Below are positions 47,846 through 56,920 of a stretch of DNA of 64,000 bases, piece by piece. A model generated the notes under the pieces. The model was not told the DNA's origin. It saw nothing but the letters and a program-made list of their open reading frames with translations, and did not search any database. Origin of the DNA: an uncultured Candidatus Saccharibacteria bacterium (GTDB taxonomy: Bacteria > Patescibacteriota > Minisyncoccia > Phycocordibacterales > UBA918). The stretch is from contig CAZSZB010000004.1 of assembly GCA_964611205.1 (NCBI GenBank), positions 12,121-76,120 of the forward strand, written 5' to 3'. The stretch's first letter is position 1. Every line of letters starts with the position of its first letter. Both the position numbers and the translations under genes were made by a program.

Positions 47846-47951
47846 ATTTATTGGTCTTATCTAATAATCAGTGTGTTGCACTAGAGCTGATTATTTGTGC
47901 GAACTATACCACGAAGGTCAGAAAAAGTGAATTAAATCAACCCGAATTGTG

Positions 47952-48380
47952 CTAATTATTTTTAGCCAGACAGACGGCACACTTGCAGCCACCAGCCTGA
48001 ATGAAGTCAGATGAAGTGTAGTCATTACCATAATCAATAGTGATTTCTTCACCAGCTTTTATATTTTTGCTGGCTCGCATATAAATTCGATTTTCTGTTA
48101 TCTCATGTTCAGCTTCAGCGTTAGGTCCACAACTGTGATTAATATAGCGAGCAATGTTACTCCGGTCTTTTCCATCGATAACCAAGTCCTCATTAACAGT
48201 GAAAAGATAGCGACCTCCTCTCTGGTCGGCTTCCTCTGCGTTTATACGATCACCAGTGTACTCAATTATTAGTTGATCTCTTTTAATATCTTCTCCTGCA
48301 AATAGACCTAACCCAGCACTAGATTTTTTAACTGTGACTGAGGGACGATAGCTAGGGTATTCGACTTCTTCTATTACCAT
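47952..48380 (-). CDS. SET-domain protein-lysine methyltransferase
   Basis: GLGLFA, IEYTG, RYINHSCGPN, GEEITIDY, post-SET CKC..C. Confidence 0.92.
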   Translation of the reverse strand: MVIEEVEYPSYRPSVTVKKSSAGLGLFAGEDIKRDQLIIEYTGDRINAEEADQRGGRYLFTVNEDLVIDGKDRSNIARYINHSCGPNAEAEHEITENRIYMRASKNIKAGEEITIDYGNDYTSSDFIQAGGCKCAVCLAKNN

Positions 48381-48520
48381 AATTGATTGCTAGTATAACT
48401 GTAATTAGCTACTTAACAAAACTTTTGGAAAAATAGTTATTTATTAATCGCGACTCATAAGTGATTATTATTTTAGGAGGAGTATAATATTAGATATTAG
48501 TAGTTTAAAACCTCCCATAT

Positions 48521-48721
48521 ATGAAAATCTTTAGAGATTATGTCATGACTTGGTGGCAAGTCGGACTGCTCAAAGCCTACGTGTTTATTGTTGGTTTAAT
48601 CATCGGTTCATACTTTGCAGATTTATTTGTTCAGTATATAAAACTGATGTTGGTGGTAGCAATTATTCTAGCCATTTATTTCTTATATAAGATGTTTTCA
48701 GATGGTTTTAAGCCGGGGTAA
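48521..48721 (+). CDS. Small two-TM hypothetical protein
   Basis: 66-aa hydrophobic ORF; TATAAT upstream and hairpin downstream. Confidence 0.6.
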   Translation: MKIFRDYVMTWWQVGLLKAYVFIVGLIIGSYFADLFVQYIKLMLVVAIILAIYFLYKMFSDGFKPG

Positions 48722-48964
48722 GCTAGAGGCCAATTCTCTGAACAAAAAACACTCGTCACGAGTGTTTTTTGTTGATTGGTGAAATTCAACAAATGTGCTG
48801 GTTAATATTTGATGACCAAAGGTTCTGTAGAAGGGGAGATTTTCGGTCAAAAATATGTTTTTAAACTAATTTATACACCACATTTCATTGTATTAGTCAA
48901 TTGATTTAAACAAGACATTTCATTAATGTAAAGCCCCATTTGGATTGGATAGGAGGATAATCCA

Positions 48965-49336
48965 ATGAAGAAGTTCTTTTCGGCGGCAGCTGTCTGTCTG
49001 CTTACCCTTACGGGAGCTGCCTATGCTGATCATCTTCATGAAGGTGACAGCTTCGTAGGGGGCTGGCAATTCTACAACAGCAACCCCGGCAACATCAAGA
49101 TCGGAGACGGCAACGGCTGGGCTCTGGACTTGCGGGGTACTGATCGGTACTGCGTCTCGCCTGGTGCCGGCTACAGCACCATGACCAGCTACATCAGCAG
49201 CAACTACCCCAGCCACGTCTCGTGGTTCGTGGATGAGATCTGCACTGATGGGTATGTGCGGATCTGCGTCTACTCCGGGAGCGGCAACCTGGCCTGTTCC
49301 ACTTACTGGGACAATGGCTGGGTGAGACTCGATTAG
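48965..49336 (+). CDS. Secreted Cys-containing ORFan, GC-rich
   Basis: AGGAGG SD, signal peptide (AYA|D), C-ending codons, terminator at 49364-49393. Confidence 0.65.
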   Translation: MKKFFSAAAVCLLTLTGAAYADHLHEGDSFVGGWQFYNSNPGNIKIGDGNGWALDLRGTDRYCVSPGAGYSTMTSYISSNYPSHVSWFVDEICTDGYVRICVYSGSGNLACSTYWDNGWVRLD

Positions 49337-49429
49337 GAGTCGCGAACTCTCTTCGCACACTCAAAACGGCGGCTTCAAAAGAGCCGCCGTTTTCTATTTG
49401 GGGTATGGAGGAATTGGCATTTAACTCTT

Positions 49430-49482
49430 CACGAATAAAAATGGCCCAACCAAAATGGTTGGGCGATTTTTATACTCGTGGA
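49430..49482. repeat. Palindromic repeat, copy A
   Basis: cacgaataaaaatggcccaaccaaaatggttgggcgatttttatactcgtgga, nearly identical to 50418-50470. Confidence 0.85.
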
Positions 49483-49614
49483 AGACTTTGCACCAAGTTG
49501 ACCTAGTTTTTAATGACTGGAAGGAATATAAAAACGGAAATACTCTGGTGGTGAAAACCTCTTTGATTGAAATGGAGTGTGCTAATTTTCTTAAAATAGT
49601 AGACTTGTGGTGAT

Positions 49615-50187
49615 TTAAAAGCCAACCTCAGATTTTACTTTCTCAAACATTTTTTGATATCCAGCCGCGTTGGGATGTAAACCATCGGCTAAGTCAGTAA
49701 TTGGGTCCACTACATCAATGACGGAGATGAAATGATAGTTATGCTCATCGGCTACTTTCTTGATTATAGAATCGTATTTTTCTATTTCCTCGTTTAAAAA
49801 TCTACTTCCACGAACTGACCTCCATTCATCGTCTACTCTGGTAAGTCCCACAAGTGTGATTTGGTCTGTGTAATTTTTGGCTTGTTGGAGTAGTTTATTT
49901 AGGTTTTGTTCAAATTCTGCGGGAGGAATTTTGTTTATATATGATTCACTAGGGAATTTGGAGTCATTTATACCGATGGCAAAAACAACCTTATCTGGTC
50001 CAATTGCCTTGGCTTCAATATTAAAACGTTCTAGCAAGTCTTCTGACGTCTCACCACAGATGCCAAAATTATATAGCTGGTTGTAGTCGTCAGCCGGTAG
50101 TGTTTTCCTAAGTCTACCAGCCCAACCAAGTGCTTCTGAATCACATGAGCCAAAAGTAATACTATCTCCCCAAATTCCTATTTCCAT
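49615..50187 (-). CDS. SGNH/GDSL hydrolase
   Basis: GDSIT, GICGETS, GIND, DGLHPN. Confidence 0.9.
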   Translation of the reverse strand: MEIGIWGDSITFGSCDSEALGWAGRLRKTLPADDYNQLYNFGICGETSEDLLERFNIEAKAIGPDKVVFAIGINDSKFPSESYINKIPPAEFEQNLNKLLQQAKNYTDQITLVGLTRVDDEWRSVRGSRFLNEEIEKYDSIIKKVADEHNYHFISVIDVVDPITDLADGLHPNAAGYQKMFEKVKSEVGF

Positions 50188-50267
50188 GCAGGTATTCTAC
50201 CAAAAAAACAAAAAGCTTACTCAGTCTGAGTAAACTTCCATATTCTTCCACATATTTCTATGTTCTA

Positions 50268-50660
50268 GTGGAGATAGGGGAACCCGCTTTTTCTAATTCG
50301 TTACACTCATAAGAACGCTGGTCGCAGCTCGCTTGTTTTCTTTTTAGGGGGAAAAGAAAACATAGCTCCGCTGGTTCAACTCCCCACGAAAGCAAAGCAG
50401 TTTGCTTTCTCCATCTCCACGAATAAAAATCGCCCAACCAAAATGGTTGGGTGATTTTTATACTCGTGGAGATGGGGGGAGTTGGTCACGTATTACTAAG
50501 TATATTATTTCGCTTTGCTCATAATTTACTAAGTGTTCTCGACCCGGCCTCGCCGACAAGCACTCCCTTCGGTCGTCTTGTGTACCGGCTCCGGCTTTCA
50601 ACTCCCCTCATACTCTCACAAACGCAAAGACTCCAAAAGCTTACACTTTTGGAGTCTGCG
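50268..50660. repeat. Array of direct and inverted tmRNA 3'-end copies with intervening hairpins
   Basis: gtggagatggggggagttg at 50466 is identical to the tmRNA end at 50665; degenerate copy at 50268; inverted copies at 50373-50420 and 50597-50620. Confidence 0.75.
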
Positions 50661-50665
50661 TATTG

Positions 50666-51061
50666 TGGAGATGGGGGGAGTTGAACCCCCGTCCGAATTG
50701 ATGTGTTAAGGTGCGTCTACAGTGTATAGTCAACTCTTTGGTTTAAAGTAGGTAGCTAAAGATATGACGAGACATTACCTACTCGAGTCCGCAGAATTTC
50801 ACTTCTCTTTGCAGACAAAAAGGGAAGTATATTCTCATGATATTACACCAACATTCTCTTATGAGAACTCAGAAAAGTTGATGTCGTCATCGGCGAGCGA
50901 GTAAAACTACGCTGTCGCGAATGCGAAGTCCTTTGCAGTGAAGAAAGGACTTTTTACGCTATTCTTTGCACGTAAAAGTGACCAAATTTTAACGCAGGTC
51001 TTGGTCAACTGCGACACTGCACACAATAACAGAGCATCAACCGTCGATGCCTGGCATCCCC
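50666..51061 (-). ncRNA. ssrA: tmRNA; tag (A)AKNSVKSPFFTAKDFAFATA* at 50969-50907
   Basis: 5' GGGGATG...CGAC, 3' GGACGGGGGTTCAACTCCCCCCATCTCCA with G3:U70, tag ending in hydrophobic/Ala residues, smpB nearby. Confidence 0.93.
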
Positions 51062-51269
51062 CAGCCGTGCTTTTTGTAAATATATAGCTAGTTTTAAAAA
51101 TAGCTAAGTCATCTGTTAAGTGCATAAAAAATGTGATTCGAATTACAAAAAGTACGGCTGGGGAAGTATGTGCTGATTTGGATACAGAGAGATGGTGCGC
51201 AACCTGACGAGGATTGTCTGGTTGCGCAAAGGTGTGCGAAGAGCGTCTAGCTAGGACCGCTCCTGATGG

Positions 51270-51593
51270 TTATAGGCCGTAGGCTTCACGGACGATATCT
51301 TCGTTATCCGCCTTATGCTCTCCCAGCCACTGCTTCATGACGCCGATCATGGCGTCAAGCAGTTCTTCTCGGATATCATTTCCGAGATTGTTATGGGAAG
51401 CCCGACAAGCAGCTTCACCAGCGGTTTCGAACACCGCCTCGAGCAGGTCGAAAAATTGTTCAGTAGAGGCTTCCGCAAAAGCCTCATCGAACTCCTCCTG
51501 GTTGTTGTTGAAGACTTCGACCAGAACCTTTTCCCGGTAGGAATCGAATTCGGTCTCGACTTTCTTCTCAAAACTAATAATACTCGACATCAC
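51270..51593 (-). CDS. Acidic helical ORFan, GC-rich
   Basis: 107-aa ORF with AAGGGG SD-like motif; codon usage unlike neighbours. Confidence 0.55.
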   Translation of the reverse strand: MMSSIISFEKKVETEFDSYREKVLVEVFNNNQEEFDEAFAEASTEQFFDLLEAVFETAGEAACRASHNNLGNDIREELLDAMIGVMKQWLGEHKADNEDIVREAYGL

Positions 51594-51681
51594 AGCCCCT
51601 TTTTAATTGCCACACAAGCACCACGCAAGTGTGGGATGGTTTCCCACCTTTCTGTATCCAAATTATTAAATTGTTAATGTA

Positions 51682-52128
51682 CTAACTTCGCTTGAGAAGG
51701 CGATCTATCATTCGTTTATTATCGCGCTCTTTAATAGTCTCTCGTTTATCTGCCTTCTTTTTACCACGAACAAGAGCTATTTCAAGTTTGATTTTACTCT
51801 TTTTATTATACCACGAAATAGGGACTATTGTCAATCCAGCAGTGTTTAGTTCTTTTCTAAGTTTATTAAGTTCTTTTTGTGATAAAAGTAATTGACGTTC
51901 TCGTTCTGGATTGTAATTGTCAGGAGCATTAGCTTCTTGATATGGTGGAATAGTAGCTCCTTTTAGATAAGCTCCATCATCTTTCAATATTATGTATGAA
52001 CCAACTAAACTAGCCTTACCCTTGCGGATTGATTTTACTTCAGTGCCACTAAGAACGGCTCCCGCTTCAAACGTTTCTAGGATTTCGTAATTAAAGGTGG
52101 CTTTTTTGTTACGGGTGTAAGTTGTCAT
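51682..52128 (-). CDS. smpB: SsrA-binding protein
   Basis: NKKATFNY, LSGTEVKSIR, GKKKADKRETIK. Confidence 0.97.
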   Translation of the reverse strand: MTTYTRNKKATFNYEILETFEAGAVLSGTEVKSIRKGKASLVGSYIILKDDGAYLKGATIPPYQEANAPDNYNPERERQLLLSQKELNKLRKELNTAGLTIVPISWYNKKSKIKLEIALVRGKKKADKRETIKERDNKRMIDRLLKRS

Positions 52129-52253
52129 ATTTACTTAACTGATACTATAACCCGCAGAGGTTGTTTTATCTAGATTTATTGTTTTGAAAAGATTCAAAAA
52201 TAAGTCATTATTTTATAGCTTTCAACGACTTTTTCTGTATAATAGCCAGCAAT

Positions 52254-54326
52254 ATGTCTGAACAAGAAAAAAACCAAAATTCTTTTAAAAGAGAGAAAAA
52301 GAATGATAATAAAGGGGTAGAAAATGGTAAAAATAATAAAAAGGGAATGAAGATTCCTAAATTTAAAGAAGTTCGAGTAGCCGGAAGGAAAATGCCTGTT
52401 GGACCGGGTAATTTCTGGAACAACCTACTCTCAACCATTTTGCTGTTGATTTTTATGACAGCCACGTATTCGTATTTGGTTAACAACAATACTAAACCTG
52501 ACGAGATATCAATTTCGCAAATTGTTAGAGAAGTACAAAATGGGGAAGTTAAAGAAATTATTGTTCGTGGTAGTGAGCTTGAAGTTAATTATGTCGACGA
52601 ATCACGCAATAGTGGAAAAGCTAAGAAAGAGACTGATGCAGCTATTTCTGAAACGTTAACTAATTTAGGTGTATCAATTGAACAATTATCGGCGGTCAAA
52701 CTTGATGTCCGTAACCCAACTGGTTTTAATTACTGGCTGTCTAATCTAGCACCATTCTTGTTCCCGTTACTTTTCTTAGGATTAGTGATTTGGTTTTTCA
52801 CTCGTTCTGTTAAAGGAGCTGGTATGCAAGCAATGAGTTTTGGAAGTAGTAAGGCCCGGATGATTGATCCTAACGATCTAAATCAAAAAGTCACATTTAA
52901 AGATGTGGCCGGCGCTAAAGAAGCTAAACAAGAACTTGAAGAAATTGTAGACTTCTTAAAAAATCCAAAAAAGTTTCTTGATATCGGTGCCGAAATCCCA
53001 AAGGGCGTCATGATGATGGGAGCTCCAGGAACTGGTAAGACTTTATTGGCGCGAGCGGTAGCTGGAGAGGCAGGGGTACCATTCTTTTCAATTTCAGGTT
53101 CTGAATTCGTAGAGATGTTTGTTGGTGTTGGAGCGAGTCGAGTACGTGATCTTTTCCAGATGGCAAAAAAGAGTGCCCCGTCAATCATCTTTGTAGATGA
53201 GATTGATGCAGTAGGAAGAGTGCGCGGAACTGGTATAGGTGGTGGTAACGATGAGCGAGAGCAAACACTCAATCAGATCTTAGTGGAGATGGATGGTTTT
53301 GAACCAAACGCAAAAGTGATTGTGATCGCCGCCACTAACCGGCCAGATGTATTGGACCCAGCACTGTTACGCCCTGGTCGTTTTGATAGACGAGTAACTA
53401 TCGATCTTCCAGACCGTGAAGACCGAAAGGCTATACTTGAAGTACATGCACGCAAGAAGCCCTTGCAAGAAGATGTGAATCTAGAAATAATTGCTCAACG
53501 TACTCCTGGTTTTTCTGGGGCAGATCTTTATTCACTTATGAATGAAGCAGCCATCTTGGCCGCTCGAGAAAGTCGTAAAAAAGTTGGCCAGTTCGATTTA
53601 ATTCGTTCAATTGAAAAAGTCATGCTTGGTCCAGAACGAAAAAGTCATGTCTTATCTAAGAAAGAAAGATTGGTAACGGCTTACCATGAAGTAGGGCATG
53701 CCTTGGTTGCTTCAGTACTACCATACGCTGATCCGGTGCAGAAGATTTCTATTATTTCTCGCGGTCGAGCAGCTGGGTACACTCTGAAATTACCTGATGA
53801 AGATCGTAAGATGCAAACTCGAAAAGAGTTTATGGATGACATCGCCATGACTTTAGGAGGTTATGTGACAGAAGAAATAGTGTTCGGAGATTTAACTACT
53901 GGACCAAGTAATGATCTTCAGGTGGTAGCAAACCTAGCTCGTGATATGGTTACCAAATATGGCATGAGTGACATTGGGCCGATTGCTTTAGAAGGAACGG
54001 GAGGTCGCATGATTGGTGGCGGTATGAGCGAAGATCGCGGTTACTCACCACAAGTCGCTAAACAAATTGATGATGAGGTAGCTAAGATTATCGAAGAAGG
54101 AAAAGAAAAAGCTCGTGACATTATCAACTCTCACCGCAAGGCTCTAGATGCGATTTCAGCTAAGTTAGTAGAGCTAGAAACCTTAGAAAGAGAAGAGTAT
54201 GAAGCGTTACTTAAGCAAGAAGGAGTAGTGATAAAAGATGCTTATAGAGAAGAGCGAGAGCTGGAAGAAAAGTTGGGAGATCCTACAAAAGCTTTAGAAA
54301 GTAAAGTAAACAAAGAAAATCTCTAA
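52254..54326 (+). CDS. ftsH: ATP-dependent zinc metalloprotease FtsH
   Basis: Two TMs, [30 protein letters not shown]. Confidence 0.97.
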   Translation: MSEQEKNQNSFKREKKNDNKGVENGKNNKKGMKIPKFKEVRVAGRKMPVGPGNFWNNLLSTILLLIFMTATYSYLVNNNTKPDEISISQIVREVQNGEVKEIIVRGSELEVNYVDESRNSGKAKKETDAAISETLTNLGVSIEQLSAVKLDVRNPTGFNYWLSNLAPFLFPLLFLGLVIWFFTRSVKGAGMQAMSFGSSKARMIDPNDLNQKVTFKDVAGAKEAKQELEEIVDFLKNPKKFLDIGAEIPKGVMMMGAPGTGKTLLARAVAGEAGVPFFSISGSEFVEMFVGVGASRVRDLFQMAKKSAPSIIFVDEIDAVGRVRGTGIGGGNDEREQTLNQILVEMDGFEPNAKVIVIAATNRPDVLDPALLRPGRFDRRVTIDLPDREDRKAILEVHARKKPLQEDVNLEIIAQRTPGFSGADLYSLMNEAAILAARESRKKVGQFDLIRSIEKVMLGPERKSHVLSKKERLVTAYHEVGHALVASVLPYADPVQKISIISRGRAAGYTLKLPDEDRKMQTRKEFMDDIAMTLGGYVTEEIVFGDLTTGPSNDLQVVANLARDMVTKYGMSDIGPIALEGTGGRMIGGGMSEDRGYSPQVAKQIDDEVAKIIEEGKEKARDIINSHRKALDAISAKLVELETLEREEYEALLKQEGVVIKDAYREERELEEKLGDPTKALESKVNKENL

Positions 54327-54496
54327 AGAGGATGAACAAAACCGAGCGACCAGATAAGGTCGCTCGGTTTAGTTTATCCACAATGATAGATTGTTTAAAT
54401 TCAAGCGACAGGTATATTAAGACGTAAAGGAGGCCGGCACCCAATGGGTGCCGGCCATTTCCGTATTTATTAAACCAATTATTAACACAAGCGAAT

Positions 54497-55792
54497 ATGA
54501 GTAAGGTATCAAATTTATTAAGTATTCAAAAAAACATCACTAGTCTAATGATCTTGTCGGTGATGTTTTTTGGAATGATGGCTTTTGCCAATACTGCTGA
54601 AGCTAATGATGATTCAGCAACTATTGATGAGCTTAAAACCAAAATTGAAGAACTAACTAAACAAATCACTTCATTAAAATCTCAAATCGGAAATAAAAAT
54701 TATGATGTTGTTGACGTAGTTCCCTCTGGTAACTCTTGGAGTGAGATAACTAGATCGGTTAGTAGGGGAGAAAAAGATAACACTAGAGATAGAAATGTTT
54801 ATAAATTACAAAGTTGTCTCACTATCACTGGTGATTATGATGAAGAGGTGACCGGGTTCTTTGGCCCTGCTACCGAGGCAGCTGTTAAGCAATTTCAAGC
54901 TCGAGAAGGAATTGTTTCTACAGGTAACGCGCTAGCCACAGGCTTTGGTCATGTCGGTCCGCGTACCCGTTCTCTTATGAATAACATATGTAAGGACATA
55001 ACAAAATCATCAATTCAAACTGAATCTACTGAAGCAGTTAGTCAATCAAATAGGTGGGAAAAATCAGACCCGAATCATAAGAGGTCTGATAAAGAAGTAC
55101 AAAGAGAGTTGGGGGAAAATAAACCGTTAGAAAAACGTTCAGACTATTCAAGAGTAATCGATTCATTTTTAGGTAGTCCTTCTAAAGCAATTCAATCAGA
55201 ATCTGTTAAAAAATATGCTGCTCCAGCAAAAAAGAAAACTGACGTACCAGTAGAATCAAATGACTCCGCTGAGCAATCATCAACTAGTTCAGATCAGGAT
55301 CATAGCTCGAGACCAGCTGTTAAGAGTGACAATACTCTTTGTTCATCTGTTCAATACACATCAAGCGGAAAGTACAGGATAGTTTGTGAAGATAATTCAT
55401 CTACTTTTACACAGCGAAAGTCTATAAGTGATATTGAAACTTCTAGTCAAGGTATCCCTGCTAAAGGTGGTGCTGATGCAAAAACAACGGCTGAATTGAA
55501 ATCTGACATCGAATTGATGTTTGAAAAAGTTGGTGCCTTAGAGCGTCGTGCTAAAAGTCTAAATATCAACAGGTCTTGGTTTTCTGATACCAGAACAGAA
55601 GTTACTAACTCTGGTTCAAGTAGCACAAGTCCTGCTCAATATAAAGGACAAGGACGATGGAATTCAGGGACACCAAGTTCTAAAGGAGGTCAGGTCAGAG
55701 GAGTATCTACTTCTAATCCAATGGCCGAACTAGCAGAAAAATTTACTGAACTCGGAATAGCCTTGTCTGAATTAGAAGAAACATTGAAATAA
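54497..55792 (+). CDS. Secreted peptidoglycan-binding domain protein with low-complexity Ser/Thr/Lys region
   Basis: Signal peptide, coiled coil, VYKLQ...TGFFGPATEAAVKQFQ...VGPRTR. Confidence 0.78.
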   Translation: MSKVSNLLSIQKNITSLMILSVMFFGMMAFANTAEANDDSATIDELKTKIEELTKQITSLKSQIGNKNYDVVDVVPSGNSWSEITRSVSRGEKDNTRDRNVYKLQSCLTITGDYDEEVTGFFGPATEAAVKQFQAREGIVSTGNALATGFGHVGPRTRSLMNNICKDITKSSIQTESTEAVSQSNRWEKSDPNHKRSDKEVQRELGENKPLEKRSDYSRVIDSFLGSPSKAIQSESVKKYAAPAKKKTDVPVESNDSAEQSSTSSDQDHSSRPAVKSDNTLCSSVQYTSSGKYRIVCEDNSSTFTQRKSISDIETSSQGIPAKGGADAKTTAELKSDIELMFEKVGALERRAKSLNINRSWFSDTRTEVTNSGSSSTSPAQYKGQGRWNSGTPSSKGGQVRGVSTSNPMAELAEKFTELGIALSELEETLK

Positions 55793-55926
55793 AACTTTAA
55801 TAGATAAAAATAAAAACGACCTAGTGAACTAGGTCGTTTTTATTTTATGATTTATTACCAACAGTGGTATTAGTTTGTTTATTACAACTAAAGACTACAG
55901 AGGTAGCTAAGTTAAACAATACTTTG

Positions 55927-55999
55927 TCCGCCGGCTTGGACTCGAACCAAGGACCACGGAGGTATAAGCTCCGCGCTCTACCAACTGAGCTACCGGCGG
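55927..55999 (-). tRNA. tRNA-Ile(UAU)
   Basis: Cloverleaf CCGCCGG-TA-GCTC..GAGC-G-CGGAG-CTTATAC-CTCCG-TGGTC-CTTGG-TTCGAGT-CCAAG-CCGGCGG-A; anticodon TAT; CCA not encoded. Confidence 0.9.
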
Positions 56000-56173
56000 A
56001 CAAAATATTTTTTAAATTTATACAATTCTTGATTTTGTCTCATCTAAAAGCTCAAATAGAGCTATTCGAATCGAACAATAAGCATTGATTCCCAACTGTG
56101 CTACTGGAGCATCAGTTGGTGCACAAAACTATACCTTGTGGCAAAATTTTTTGCAAAAATTTTGCCACCTACA

Positions 56174-56902
56174 CTAATAACCCTTAAAGGGATCACTAAC
56201 TATTTTTTTGATTTCTATTTGCTTACATTTCTTACGTAAAGCCTTGATCATATTTGGTGATCCAGATATATAATAGTCAGCTTCATTGCCATAAATATCC
56301 CGTTGCGCTTCGAGTGCTTGGTTGACCTCCTCCGGAGTATTGGTGTAGATGATTCTTAGTCGCTCAGTTAAGCTGGTCCAATTATCTAGGTCAGACTTAT
56401 AAGGATGATTTTCTTGAGCAGAAAAGATAAGTGTTAAATCTGTTTCTGGTAGGTGTCCATGACTTATTTCATAAGCTAGAGACCGGAAAGGGGTAATCCC
56501 GATACCGCCGGCAATACCAACTATTTTTTGTGTTTCTCCACTGGCATGGAATTCACCAAAAGGCCCACGTATTTTTATTTGTTCACCAGGATTTAGATCC
56601 ATTAATTTCTTCTTAAAATCACTAGGTTCTTTTGGAAAAGATGTCCCGATTCTAATCACACCTTCGTGAGGAGAAGAGGCAATAGAAAAAGCCCGCCACG
56701 TTTTACCCTGAACATCTTTGTCTGGTAGAGTAAAAATCGCGTGTTGACCAGCCTGCCAAGAAAAAGGTTTTGGCATAGAAAAAATAAAAGAAAAGACTCC
56801 TGGAGTCTCTTCTATTTTTTCTTCAAATATAAGTTCACGTACTTTTAATACTCCACTATATGAAACGGGGTGGATTATCGCCCGAAAAAATAAATTGTAC
56901 AT
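56174..56902 (-). CDS. FAD/NAD(P)-binding oxidoreductase (FNR-like)
   Basis: RAFSIASSP, GPFGEF, IAGGIGITPF, YISGSPNM, FKGY end. Confidence 0.88.
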   Translation of the reverse strand: MYNLFFRAIIHPVSYSGVLKVRELIFEEKIEETPGVFSFIFSMPKPFSWQAGQHAIFTLPDKDVQGKTWRAFSIASSPHEGVIRIGTSFPKEPSDFKKKLMDLNPGEQIKIRGPFGEFHASGETQKIVGIAGGIGITPFRSLAYEISHGHLPETDLTLIFSAQENHPYKSDLDNWTSLTERLRIIYTNTPEEVNQALEAQRDIYGNEADYYISGSPNMIKALRKKCKQIEIKKIVSDPFKGY

Positions 56903-56920
56903 AACAAGTATGATAACAGA

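Noticed and set aside
50451-51125. ORFs 50451..50684 (+) and 50907..51125 (-)
   Set aside because: They overlap the repeat array and tmRNA; the second is the tag reading frame extended upstream
1511-54456. Hairpins with similar GCACC-(C/T)AA-GGTGC or GCC-TTT-GGC cores (about 1511, 8483, 31597, 32303, 36945, 41217, 54432) as a REP family
   Set aside because: Stems differ outside the short core and most sit at gene ends with U-tracts, so ordinary terminators suffice
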